From assembly GCA_002269645.1 (NCBI GenBank), contig NIVC01003101.1, positions 1 through 64,000 on the forward strand: a stretch of 64,000 bases of DNA, read 5' to 3'. This document shows positions 22,901 to 34,022 of the stretch, in pieces. This stretch comes from Macrostomum lignano. Taxonomy: Eukaryota. Position 1 is the first letter of the stretch; the number at the start of each line of letters is the position of its first letter. The notes below the pieces were generated by a model. That model saw only the letters and a program-made list of their open reading frames with translations. It made no database searches and had not been told where the DNA came from. Both the position numbers and the translations under genes were made by a program.

Positions 22901-25576
22901 ACCAATCGATTAGTCTGACTCACCAATCAGTCAGTCTGACCCACCAATCGATTAGTCTGACTCACCAATCAGTCAGTCTGACCCACCAATCGATTAGTCT
23001 GACTCACCAATCAGTCAGTCTGACCCACCAATTGACTCATCGTCAACACCGACCCACCCCAGTCTGGAGACAGTTTGGCAGCGGAGACGGCCGACCCGGG
23101 CCCACCGCCCACCCCGCCCCAGCGGACCAGCTCTCACGCTGGCCGAAATCCGCCGCCGGCGCGACCGCCGCCGCCTCGCTTGAACGGCGCTGGCGCGGCC
23201 GCCGACAAACGGCCTCGCCCGGTGTCCATTGCGGGTCCTGGGGCTGACGCGCCCGCTGCTGACTCAGCGGAGACACCCCCAGCGCCGCGGCCAGCCACCA
23301 AGATGGGCGCCGGCATGAGCCAGATATTCGAGGACAGCCCGCTGAAAATCAACGCAGTTGCCAAGTGGACGAACCCGGCCGGCTGCGACCTGGTGTTCGT
23401 GGGCGCCAACGAAGGCCTGTACTACATGAGCCTGGACCAGCTGCACGACCCCACCATGGTGCTGCTGGTGCGCCAGCGCTGCCTCTGGCTGTTCGTGTAC
23501 CGCGGCATCCTGGTGTCCCTCTCTGGCCGGCACCCTCAGCTCTACAGGCACGATCTGGCACAGCTATTTCCTGCCGATGCCAAGTCTAAGGTTTGAGTTC
23601 CTCACAGTTGGGATCTGGAGTATTTAGAAATCTTGAAATTTGCCTCCCTTCTGATGCAGCTCATAGGTTAGGGAGTCAATAATCTAACCGTCAGCTGTTC
23701 CATAGTAGAAGTGACCCACCAGCTGACCCACCAGCTGACCCACCAACTGACTCACCAGCTGACCCACCAGCTGACCCACCAGCTGACCCACCAACTGACC
23801 CACCAGCTGACCCACTAACTGACCCACCAGTTGACCCACCATACGACAGACTCATCAAATCACTCACCAACTGACCCACCAGCTGACCCATCAGCTGACT
23901 CATAGAACTGACCCACCAGCTGACCCACCAGCTGACCCATCAGCTGACTCATAGAACTGACCCACCGCACCCCGCCAGCTCAAGGGCCGGGTTGCCATGC
24001 GGCTGGCCAACAACCCGCCGTCAGCGAAGATCCCCCGCACCAAAGGCTGTATGCGGGTGTCGGCGGCGAAGCACCCGGAGACCGCCGAGCGCTGGCTGGC
24101 CTGCGCCCTGCCGCAGTCCGTGCTGCTGCTCCAGTGGACAACGCCAGGCGCACTTTCCTAGAATTCAAATCGCTGCCCTGCCCGGACCTGCCGCAGCCGC
24201 TGCTCACCTTCGAGCTGCTCATTCGAAGCGGCTTCAAACTGCCCTTCGTCTGTGTCGGCGTCCTGCGCGGCCGGAGCGACGCCTGTGTCCGGTTTCGCCT
24301 GCTGGACCTCAACAAGCTGGACGGCCAGATCGAGCTGTCGCCCAACGATGAAACCGCGCTGGACGAAGAGGTCAGCTGGGGTTACTGGCTGGCTTATTTA
24401 TGATTCGAATTGTTCGTCTGCTTTGTTAATGGCTTTCCTCCTCCAGAATCCGCCCTATCTACAATCCGCCCTACCCCCCAGAATCCGCCCCATCTACAAA
24501 CCGCCCCCCAGAATCTGCCCCATCTACAATCCGCCCCCCCCCCCAGAATCCGCCGCATCTACAATCCGCCCCCCCCCCCAGAATCCGCCCCATCTACAAT
24601 CCGCTCCCTCCACCCAGAATCCGCTACTCTACAATCCGCTCCCTCCACCCAGAATCCGCTACTCTACAATCCCGCTCCCCCCAGAATACGCTACTCTACA
24701 ATCCGCTCCCCCCCAGAATCCGCTACTCTACAATCCGCCCCCCCAGAATCCGCTACTTTACAATCCGCTCCCCCCCAGAATCCGCTACTCTACAATCCGC
24801 CCCCCCAGAATCCGCTACTCTACAATCCGCTCCCTCCACCCAGAATCCGCTACTCTACAATCCGCTCCCTCCACCCAGAATCCGCTACTCTACAATCCCG
24901 CTCCCCCCAGAATCCGCTACTCTACAATCCGCTCCCCCCAGAATCCGCTACTCTACAATCCGCCCCCCCAGAATCCGCTACTTTACAATCCCCCCCCAGA
25001 ATCCGCTACTCTACAATCCGCTCCCTCCACCCAGAATCCGCTTCTCTACAATCCGCTCCCTCCACCCAGAATCCGCTACTCTACAATCCGCTCCCTCCAC
25101 CCAGAATCCGCTTCTCTACAATCCGCTCCCTCATCCCAGAATCCGCTTCTCTACAATCCGCTTCCTTAGCAACCAGCCCACAATGCCTGGACCCTCACCC
25201 GCAGGTGGAGGTGACCAGCGTCACTCAGCTGGACCTGAACCACGTGCTCGTCTGCTACCGCAACATGGCGCGGGTGTTCCACATGGACACCGGGCTGGTC
25301 CGCAGCCGCACCGGCAATCGGCTCGGCACCCTGTCGTTCGAGTTCACCATCGAGAGCGTGCAGTGCCTTGACGACTCCCTGCTCTGCTTCTATAAGCACG
25401 GCTTCCAGGCCAAGTCCTTCCTAGGCGGCGAGGTGGTGCAGGACGTCGAGGACCGCGCCCACGTCTACCGGTTTGTTGGCTTCGCCGGCCAGAATCCCGT
25501 GATGGAGCGCCGGCCAGCCGACGATCCCATGGCCAGCTGCGACCTCATGCTCATCATCGGGCACGTGTCTGCCTGA
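13970..25576 (+). CDS. MAP4K3: MAP4K3/MAP4K5-like (GCK-I, happyhour-like) Ste20 kinase with C-terminal CNH domain; apparent 1-nt frameshift at ~24137
   Basis: Exons 13970-14113, 15409-15557, 16156-16474, 17539-17889, 18917-19239, 22314-22427, 22525-22552, 23063-23590, 23979-24370, 25205-25576, all GT-AG with matching phases. Motifs: [33 protein letters not shown], Pro-rich linker, CNH ([18 protein letters not shown]...VTQLD...[22 protein letters not shown]). MAP4K3 vs MAP4K5 orthology cannot be resolved. Confidence 0.92.
15600..16140. repeat. ~34 bp intronic minisatellite (ccatctgacaccccgatccctgcaatgtgtcaga)
   Basis: About 15 tandem copies in MAP4K intron 2. Confidence 0.9.
16497..17480. repeat. 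22-23 bp intronic minisatellite (cccctgacactggaattggcaa)
   Basis: More than 40 tandem copies in MAP4K intron 3. Source of the spurious minus-strand ORFs at 16121-17525. Confidence 0.95.
17900..18900. repeat. Intronic minisatellite, 34-bp then 24-bp unit (gacccatcgctgacctattggaat)
   Basis: Fills MAP4K intron 4 up to ~16 nt before the 18917 acceptor. Confidence 0.95.
19370..19930. repeat. 21 bp intronic minisatellite (ctcggttgctagggtaaatag)
   Basis: About 26 tandem copies in MAP4K intron 5. Confidence 0.92.
20450..21900. repeat. 21 bp intronic minisatellite (gccattggaaatcccaactca)
   Basis: About 69 tandem copies. The in-frame unit length explains the >500-aa ORFs on both strands. Confidence 0.96.
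22595..23035. repeat. 21 bp intronic minisatellite (tcagtcagtctgacccaccaa)
   Basis: About 21 copies in MAP4K intron 7. Confidence 0.92.
23710..23965. repeat. 12 bp intronic minisatellite (cagctgacccac)
   Basis: Tandem copies in MAP4K intron 8. Confidence 0.88.
24440..25165. repeat. ~31-33 bp C-rich intronic minisatellite (cagaatccgctactctacaatccgctcccc)
   Basis: About 22 copies in MAP4K intron 9. Confidence 0.92.
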
Positions 25577-25677
25577 ACTCAGGAGCTTGGGTTGTAGTAG
25601 CATATTGGTTATTGTGCTTGTTTTCTGTTCAAACTGCTGGGCTTTGTGACTGTGACTACGGTAGAAAATACGGTTTT

Positions 25678-25679
<2 letters not shown>

Positions 25680-25737
<58 letters not shown>
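25680..25737. repeat. (TA)n microsatellite downstream of the MAP4K stop
   Basis: Direct observation. Confidence 0.95.
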
Positions 25738-25849
25738 GTGTGTGTAGTGTATTCATACCGGTAAATAATAGTAATTGATTACACCTGCCCCTATGGGCAG
25801 TTGTGCAACTGACAGCTCAGCCGCAGCTTGGTTGGTTATTAGCCAATCA

Positions 25850-26820
25850 ATATTTGTTACTAATCAATCGATATTGGTTATTAAGCAATCGATATTGATT
25901 ATTAGGCAATCGATACTGGTGGCTAATCAATCGATACTGGTTATTAAGCAATCGGTATTGGTTGTTAATCAATCGATATTGGTTATTAAGCAATCGATAT
26001 TGTTTGTTAATCAATCGATATTGGTTATTAAGCAATCGATATTTGTTGTTAATTAATCGATATTGGTTATTAAGCAATCGATATTGGTTGTTAGTCAATC
26101 GATATTGGTTATTAAGCAATCGATATTGGTTGTTAATCAATCGATATTGGTTATTAAGCAATCGATATTGGTTATTAAGCAATCGATATTGGTTATTAAG
26201 CAATCGATATTGGTTGTTAATTATTCGATACTGGTTATTAAGCAATCGATATTGGTTATTAAGCAATCGATATTGGTTGTTAATTATTCGATACTGGTTA
26301 TTAAGCAATCGATATTGGTTGTTAATCCATCGATTGATTATTAAGCAATCGATATTAGTTATTTATCAATCGATATTGGTTGTTAATCAATCGATATTGT
26401 TTAATAAGCAATCGATATTGGTTATTTATCAATCGATATTGGTTATAAATCAATCGATATTGTTTAATAAGCAATCGATATTGGTTATTTATCAATCGAT
26501 ATTGGTTATTTATCAATCGATATTGGTTATTTATCAATCGATATTGTTTAATAAGCAATCGATATTGGTTATTTATCAATCGATATTGGTTATTTATCAA
26601 TCGATATTGTTTAATAAGCAATCGATATTGGTTATTTATCAATCGATATTGGTTATTAAGCAATCGATATTGGTTATTTATCAATCGATATTGTTTAATA
26701 AGCAATCGATATTGGTTATTTATCAATCGATATTGGTTATTTATCAATCGATATTGGTTGTTAATCAATCAATACTAATTGTTAGGTAATGGAAATTAGT
26801 TGTCAATCAATCGATATTGG
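25850..26820. repeat. ~21 bp AT-rich minisatellite (aatcgatattggttattaagc)
   Basis: About 45 imperfect copies. Confidence 0.93.
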
Positions 26821-27309
26821 TTAATAATCAATTTTGATAAATCGATCAGCTTTCCAAAGCGGAACAATAAATTTCTGGGCAAAAAATCTCCGATGGTAAA
26901 TTATTTCTCCAGTATGTTTTTGCGTGTCGCCTACTTTCAGTAGCGCAGCTAGAATTTTAGGCAATTATCGTAATTTTCCCGCAGACAATTTTAACAAAGC
27001 AGCTTTCTATTATTTAGGCAGTACGCGGCGCCTGTTTCTGTTCGAATCGGATTTTGCTTGCCCCGATAGACCCCGCGTTTTATTTTTCAATAACAAATCA
27101 ATCACCCACGCCCGTCTGTTCATTCGCCTATGCCTTTTTTATTGCGACAGGCATTTGCGACAGGAACCTCGCTGAGTGCCTCTGCCTGCCCGCTGCTCCA
27201 CTGGATGTGCCGATTTTAACTAATCTTGCAATAATTATTTATATAGTTGTTGTTGTGTTTTTAGGCTGCATTGTGCGCTGCGTATTTCCTTCTTGATTCA
27301 GTGAATCAA

Positions 27310-27734
27310 TTGATTGTCTGTTTTATTGATTCATTGAGTGATTGATTGTCTGATTTATTGACGATCTGATTGATTGATTAATCGATTGTCTGATTTATTG
27401 ATTGACTGACTGATTGATTGACGATCTGATTGATTTGTTGATTGATTGATTGTCTGACTGATTGACGGTCTGATTGATTTGTTGATTGATTGATTGTCTG
27501 ATTTATTGACGATCTGATTGATTTGTTGATTGATTGATTGTCTGACTGATTGACGGTCTGATTGATTTGTTGATTGATTGATTGTCTGACTGATTGACGA
27601 TCTGATTGATTTGTTGATTGATTGATTGTCTGATTTATTGACGATCTGATTGATTTGTTGATTGATTGATTGTCTGATTGATTGAGTGATTGATTTATTG
27701 ATTGATTGATTGATTGTCTGATTTATTGACGATC

Positions 27735-27771
<37 letters not shown>

Positions 27772-27840
27772 CATTCATTCATTAATTGTCTGGTTGATTG
27801 ATTGTTTAATTAAGTGAGTGATTGATTGATTGATTGATTT
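27310..27840. repeat. (GATT)n-derived compound microsatellite
   Basis: Direct observation. Confidence 0.9.
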
Positions 27841-28479
27841 AAGAAAGGATTTTGCAAATAATCAGCTTGTTGGTTTAGTGACTGATTAGCTAAACATTTG
27901 GTTCGCTTAATTAATTACCAATACAGTTCAGGTGCATTCTCAATCTTCTCTTCATCATATTAAACCGCTTTTTCAAGTTCAATAGTTTGTTTTTTTGAGA
28001 ATGAATTTTACATGCGCGAAAAATTCGGCAAATCTCAGATTTTTCATTTGTTTTCGATTTGCTGACTGCTGAGGCTTCCCAAAACAGCAGTAGCAACTGC
28101 ATTCGTATTAATAATGATAATTTGCCCTGTCAATAACCGGAACAGCTCGGGTTTGTACAGAATTTTCAATAAGTGATTCCGCTTGCTATTCTGCTAAAGC
28201 TTATGGTACTGAGGTGTGCTCATGTGCTTAATTATCTTCTCAATTTGCCTGCTAACTCACCAAAATGCTTCAAGCCGAATTTCCCCTTGATTACCGCTCA
28301 AGAATTACTGTTGCTCCAGAATCTGACGCAGAAGCTGCCTAATTATAAATTTGCTTAAATATATTCATTCATACGCTCGGCCTTTAACTGAAGTCTGGGC
28401 TGCTGCTGAAATGTTCAACGTAATCAGTTGCTTTTGGCTGCAGTGTCTGTTCTTTTGAGAATGCGGTACGGTCTAAGGG

Positions 28480-29055
28480 TCATATTGATGAGGTCATAAA
28501 GCAGATTATTGGCGGGTCATAGAGCAGATTTATTGGAGGGTCATAGAGCAGATTCATCGGTGGGTCATTGAGAAGATTCATTGGTGGGTCATAAAGCAGA
28601 TTTTTTGGCGGGTCATAGAGCAGATTCATCGGTGTGGGTCATGAAGCAGATTCATCGGTGTGGGTCATGAAGCAGATTCATCGGTGTGGGTCATGAAGCA
28701 GATTCATCGGTGTGGGTCATGAAGCAGATTCATCGGTGTGGGTCATGAAGCAGATTCATCGGTGTGGGTCATGGAGCAGCTTCATCGGTGTGGGTCATGG
28801 AGCAGATTCATCGGTGTGGGTCATAGAGCAGATTCATCGGTGTGGGTCATGGAGCAGATTCATCGGTGGGTCATGGAGCAGATTCATCGGTGTGGGTCAT
28901 GGAGCAGTTTCATCGGTGTGGGTCATGGAGCAGATTCATCGGTGTGGGTCATGGAGCAGATTTATCGGTGTGGGTCATGAAGTAGATTCATCGGTATGGG
29001 TCATGAAGCAGATTTATCGGTGTGGGTCATGGAGCAGATTCATCGGTGTGGGTAC
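28480..29055. repeat. 26 bp minisatellite (gagcagattcatcggtgtgggtcatg)
   Basis: About 22 copies, more diverged at the left end. Confidence 0.92.
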
Positions 29056-29829
29056 ATCTTCCACAATAAAGTAGTCGAATGTTCGGAATCTTCCAATGGT
29101 GGTCATGAAAGATTTAAATGAAATGTCATTGTGATTGAATCGGATTGCGATTTCAATTCCATAAAGACGTTCATTACAAGCGTTGCCTCCTTATTTAGGC
29201 TTAATATTTTGAAAGATTAGACAGCAAGGCCGGGTTAGCAATCAATGCGGATGTTTTGTCAAAGGCTTAAGTTTCCAGAGATTAAGGCTTTGGAGAGCCT
29301 CTCTATGCTCTTTGCTCACCTGCTTGAGTTTAATTAACCGGAGGGTCGTTGAAAAGTTGAAAAGCAGCGTTGGTGGGGGGGGGGTTCGGGCAGCAAATTA
29401 TAAGCTGTGAAATCAACAGCAAAATCAGCCCCGTGAGTTCATTTGAATGTCGCTGCTTTCAGTTCAGTTATTAGGATGGGGGAGTTCCTTGTCATCAGCA
29501 GGTTGAGGGCAATGAGGGCAGGATGCAGAAGGCCTGCAGAAGCATTTCATCCGGGCCTTTAAGCGGGCCGCAAACCACCTGCAGCGACGTCTCGGCTCCC
29601 TCTTGTCTCTGCTATTCTTTTTGTCTGCTCTGGCGGAGCTTGGAGCAGCAAAACCTCCCCCCCCCTGATGGGGAGCTGCGGAACTGTGAGAGGCGCCGGA
29701 GGCTCTCGTGTTTTATGAATCCCGCGTACTCGTAGTGAGCCGCGTCTGTGAGTTGCTGGCTGAGATGTAGGGGACCATTATGCTTCCTCTGGGTGCGAAG
29801 GTGGGTGTATAATTAGCACTGCTTTGTTG

Positions 29830-30555
29830 TCACTGACACTCTCCTGACACCTCACACTCCTGACACCCGACAATCCGGACAGCTCACACTCCTGACACCC
29901 GACAATCCGGACAGCTCACACTCCTGACACTCGACAATCCGGACAGTTCGCATTCCTGACACCCGACAATCCGGACAGCTCACATTCCTGACACCCGACA
30001 ATCCGGACAGCTCACATTCCTGACACCCGACAATCCGGACAGTTCGCATTCCTGACACCCGACACTCCTGACAGCTCACATTCCTGACACCCGACAATCC
30101 GGACAGCTCACATTCCTGACACCCGACAATCCGGACACCTTACACTCCAAAATCTGGACACAGCACACTCCAAAATCCGGACACGTCACACTCCTGACAT
30201 CTGACAAACTTGACATCTCACACTCCTGACATCTGACAATCTTGACATCTCACACTCCTGACATCTGACAATCTTGACATCTCACACCCTGACATCTGAC
30301 AATCTTGACATCTCACACTCCTGACATCTGACAAACTTGACATCTCACACTCCTGACATCTGACAATCTTGACATCTCACACTCCTGACATCTGACAATC
30401 TTGACATCTCACACTCCTGACATTTGGCAATCTTGACATCTCACACTCCTGACATCTGTCAATCTTGACATCTCACACTCCTGACATTTGACAATCTTGA
30501 CATCTCACACTCCTGACATCTGGCAATCTTGACATCTCACACCCTGACACAGTCT
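29830..30555. repeat. 32 bp minisatellite in two variant blocks
   Basis: Block A ctcacattcctgacacccgacaatccggacag (~29830-30170). Block B ctcacactcctgacatctgacaatcttgacat (~30185-30555). Confidence 0.92.
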
Positions 30556-31789
30556 TGACGATCTGCTGCTACCAGTTGCTAACCTGAACTCGGGTTGCCA
30601 AGTGATACGGTGATGCGGCTCTCCTGCTCTCCCATTTTGAAAAGTCGCTCACAAGCAATGGTGATTTGTTTTGAAAATAAAAATAGTCTGCGCCAATGCA
30701 CGCTAAGGGAAGATTGAAATTCCAGTTAGGTTTGACATCGGAGTGGGGGAGGGGCGGCGTCGGAGGCTGGTCGCGGATTCAGCCCGACGTGAGGAACCGC
30801 TTTTTTTCTAGCAATTTCCGTTGCCGACCGCCTCCTCCTAGTAGCCGCGAGCCGGGAGGGCGTGATGGAGAGCTGGGCAGAGATGAGGGAAGGGAGGACG
30901 AGAGAGAAGGCACTAATTGCTGACTCGCAACGGCAATACAGTGCATTGACTCTCTTCTAGAGGCATTTCATGTTTGCTGGACATGTCTGCGATTTGAGGC
31001 TAATTTGCGCCCTCGTGCCTGGAATTGCATGTCAATGTACTCCGTTGAGCTCTTGCTCAGAATTGTACACTCTCCGTCAGCCTCTCCTCTCCTTCTTTCG
31101 CCTTGTTAAGCCCTCCCTGATTCTGCCTACCCGGCACTTTTAGCGACTGCTTTTCACTTCTTTGTCGATTTTGCGCTCTGTCATTAACTAAGCGAGCACT
31201 TCGGAAGGCGAGAATTTTGCAGACTGGCTGATAAAACATTAACTTGCATCAACACTGAATTAATGCAGACTTGGTGAACCCGATGAACCGTGTTGTGACG
31301 CACGGGAACAGTGCAGCAGCTTCCCGGCGTCATCATCTCATTCCGATTAATGAATCCCCGACTCTCAGCCCAGCCGGACAGGTGCTCGCGCGATTTTTTG
31401 CTCCAGCTCACATTTGAGCCGCTCTGGCTGGGCGGGGCCGGCGAAGCGCGGGAAGCGGAAACTCCCCCGCATCAAACAGTTACGCCTTGCATTTAGTGCG
31501 AGATTTAGGACAGGAATTAACAAGGAGCTCGGTGAGGAAAGAACGATATATAGGAAAGCAAAGCTTTAATAGTGAAAATATGCCAGTGGACCGCTTTTAA
31601 AATATTTTGCAGGAAATAATCCAATTTCAAGTCAGATCAGCTTGAGATCAACTCAAGTCAAGTCAAGTCAAGTCAACTCAAATTGCAAATAAACAGTGAA
31701 ACTGCTTTGGTTTACGCTTCTTAGATCGAAATGAAATGGGTTTGGGGCTGTCAGCAGCAGCTTTTCAACAAAGGGACTGAGGTGGGGGG

Positions 31790-32075
31790 TTAGCTTCAGC
31801 CAATCAGGATACGTGAAGAGCAGAGAGTAAATTTAGGGAGTGAGGTTGGTGGTGAGTGCCAGCCAACCAGAAAACGTGAAAGAGCAGAGAGTAGATTTAG
31901 GGAGTGAGGTGGGTGGTTAGTGCCAAGCTAATCAGGATACGTGAAAGAGCAGAGAGTAGATTTAGGGAGTGAGGTGGGTGGTGAGTGCCAGCCAATCAGG
32001 ATACGTGAAGGAGCAGAGAGTAAATTTAGGGAGTGAGGTGGGTGGTTAGTGCCAAGCCAATCAGGATACGTGAGG
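31790..32075. repeat. ~65 bp tandem repeat containing CCAAT and TACGTG motifs
   Basis: 4-5 copies of gccaatcaggatacgtgaagagcagagagtaaatttagggagtgagg. Confidence 0.85.
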
Positions 32076-32624
32076 GAGTTAAGATAGTTCCCCCACTGTG
32101 TCAGATAGTCTTCGTATCGGGTGGTCATTGTGTCACGGTCCATCAGAAGTCAGTAAGGTAGTACGAGCGTAGTCACTCCGTTGAAATGGCTTCATTTACA
32201 TTATTTTTGTTACATAGATAAACAACAAACACCTGTGCAGCCATTTTATTAGAGAAGAGCTTAAAAAATAATATGCTATACACAAACTGAAGCAACATGT
32301 TTAAACATTGGTATCGGCACAAAGTCGGGCACAACACATTTTGCCTTTTTTCAACAAGTCCAATAAATTCGGGCAGCAATAGTGCTGGCTAATCTATCAA
32401 TGCTACGGTAATTTGGGACGAAAACGACAAATACACGCAAGGGCGAGTCACGGTCCGCGAGGGGGTGCGCATACGCCTACACACACTGTGCTGCTGGCTG
32501 TGCAAATTGCAGGGCTAGGGGGAACTGGCTCGGAGGGATGGGCAAGCAAATGGGCGTTCGTCTGATTAGAGCTTGATGGATCTACTCAGCTTGTACAGAG
32601 ATAGCACACTGGCTCTATTCTGGT

Positions 32625-33550
32625 CTGTTTGCGTCACTCTGCTATTCACTCAGATTGTGTCACTCTGCTATTCACTCAGATTGCGTCACTCTGCTATTCA
32701 CTCAGATTGTGTCACTCTGCTATTCACTCAGATTGCGTCACTCTGATATTCACTCAGATTGTGTCACTCTGCTATTCACACAGATTGTGTCACTCTGCTA
32801 TTCACACAGATTGTGTCACTCTGCTATTCACTCAGATTGTGTCACTCTGCTATTCACTCAGATTGTGTCACTCTGCTATTCACTCAGATTGTGTCACTTT
32901 GCTATTCACTCAGATTGTGTCACTTTGCTATTCACTCAGATTGTGTCACTCTGCTATTCACTCAGATTGTGTCACTCTGCTATTCACACAGATTGTGTCA
33001 CTCTGCTATTCACACAGATTGTGTCACTCTGCTATTCACACAGATTGTGTCACTCTGCTATTCACACAGATTGTGTCACTCTGCTATTCACACAGATTGT
33101 GTCACTCTACTATTCACACAGATTGTGTCACTCTGCTATTCACTCAGATTGTGTCACTCTACTGTTCACTCTGATTGTGTCCCTCTGCTATTCACTCAGA
33201 TTGTGTCACTCTACTGTTCACTCAGATTGTGTCACTCTGCTATTCACTCAGATTGTGTCACTCTGCTATTTTCTCTGATTGTGTCACTCTGCTATTCACT
33301 CAGATTGTGTCACTCTGCTATTCACTCAGATTGTGTCACTCTGCTATTCACTCAGATTGTGTCACTCTGCTATTTTCTCTGATTGTGTCACTCTGCTATT
33401 CACTCAGATTGTGTCACTCTACTGTTCACTCAGATTGTGTCACTCTGCTATTCACTCAGATTGTGTCACTCTGCTATTTTCTCTGATTGTGTCACTCTGC
33501 TATTCACTCAGATTGTGTCACTCTGCTATTCACTCAGATTGTGTCACTCT
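32625..33550. repeat. 26 bp minisatellite (ctcagattgtgtcactctgctattca)
   Basis: About 35 near-identical copies. Confidence 0.95.
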
Positions 33551-33617
33551 GCGAGATTTTATCTATCAATAAACCACTAATCTGCTAACATCTGTCAATC
33601 CCGAACTCGCAGCTCGC

Positions 33618-34022
33618 TCATGATGAGCAGTGCTCAATCGTGATCTGCGGCACCGGCTGGTGCTGCCGCGCCGAGCCGCCGCGACTGATTCCCGGCTCCG
33701 CCTTGGACTTCAGCGCCGCGGTCTCCGCGCTGATCCGGCGCCTCTCCTGCACCTCGAACAGGTAGCGCTCGGCCCGGCGCTCGGACTTGGACGAGGCGTA
33801 GCGGGTGCAGAAGGCCACCAGCACCACGAAGCCTACGCTGGCCAGGCAGAGGAACACGATCACGAAGATGAAGTCCTTCGGGCTGCTGTCGTCCTCGTCG
33901 CTGTCGCCCTGCGCGCTGGTGGCGTTGACCGTCGCTGCGGCCGCTGCCGATACTTCGTCAAGCAGCGCCGTGAGTGCCGCGGCCAGGGCAGCAGCAACAA
34001 CGGCTGACAGCTGCGATGGCAT
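33618..34022 (-). CDS. Uncharacterized 134-aa single-pass membrane protein
   Basis: ATG at 34022 directly after a tttctgttccatcccagtcag acceptor, with GC3-rich codons like the other genes. Hydrophobic N-terminus (signal-like), NAT sequon, acidic linker, TM FIFVIVFLCLASVGFVVLVAFC, basic cytosolic tail ending PQITIEHCSS. Confidence 0.72.
   Translation of the reverse strand: MPSQLSAVVAAALAAALTALLDEVSAAAAATVNATSAQGDSDEDDSSPKDFIFVIVFLCLASVGFVVLVAFCTRYASSKSERRAERYLFEVQERRRISAETAALKSKAEPGISRGGSARQHQPVPQITIEHCSS

Noticed and set aside
24125-24145. Programmed ribosomal frameshift in MAP4K
   Set aside because: There is no X XXY YYZ slippery site. A missing G in a homopolymer is the simpler explanation, so this is kept only as a frameshift finding.
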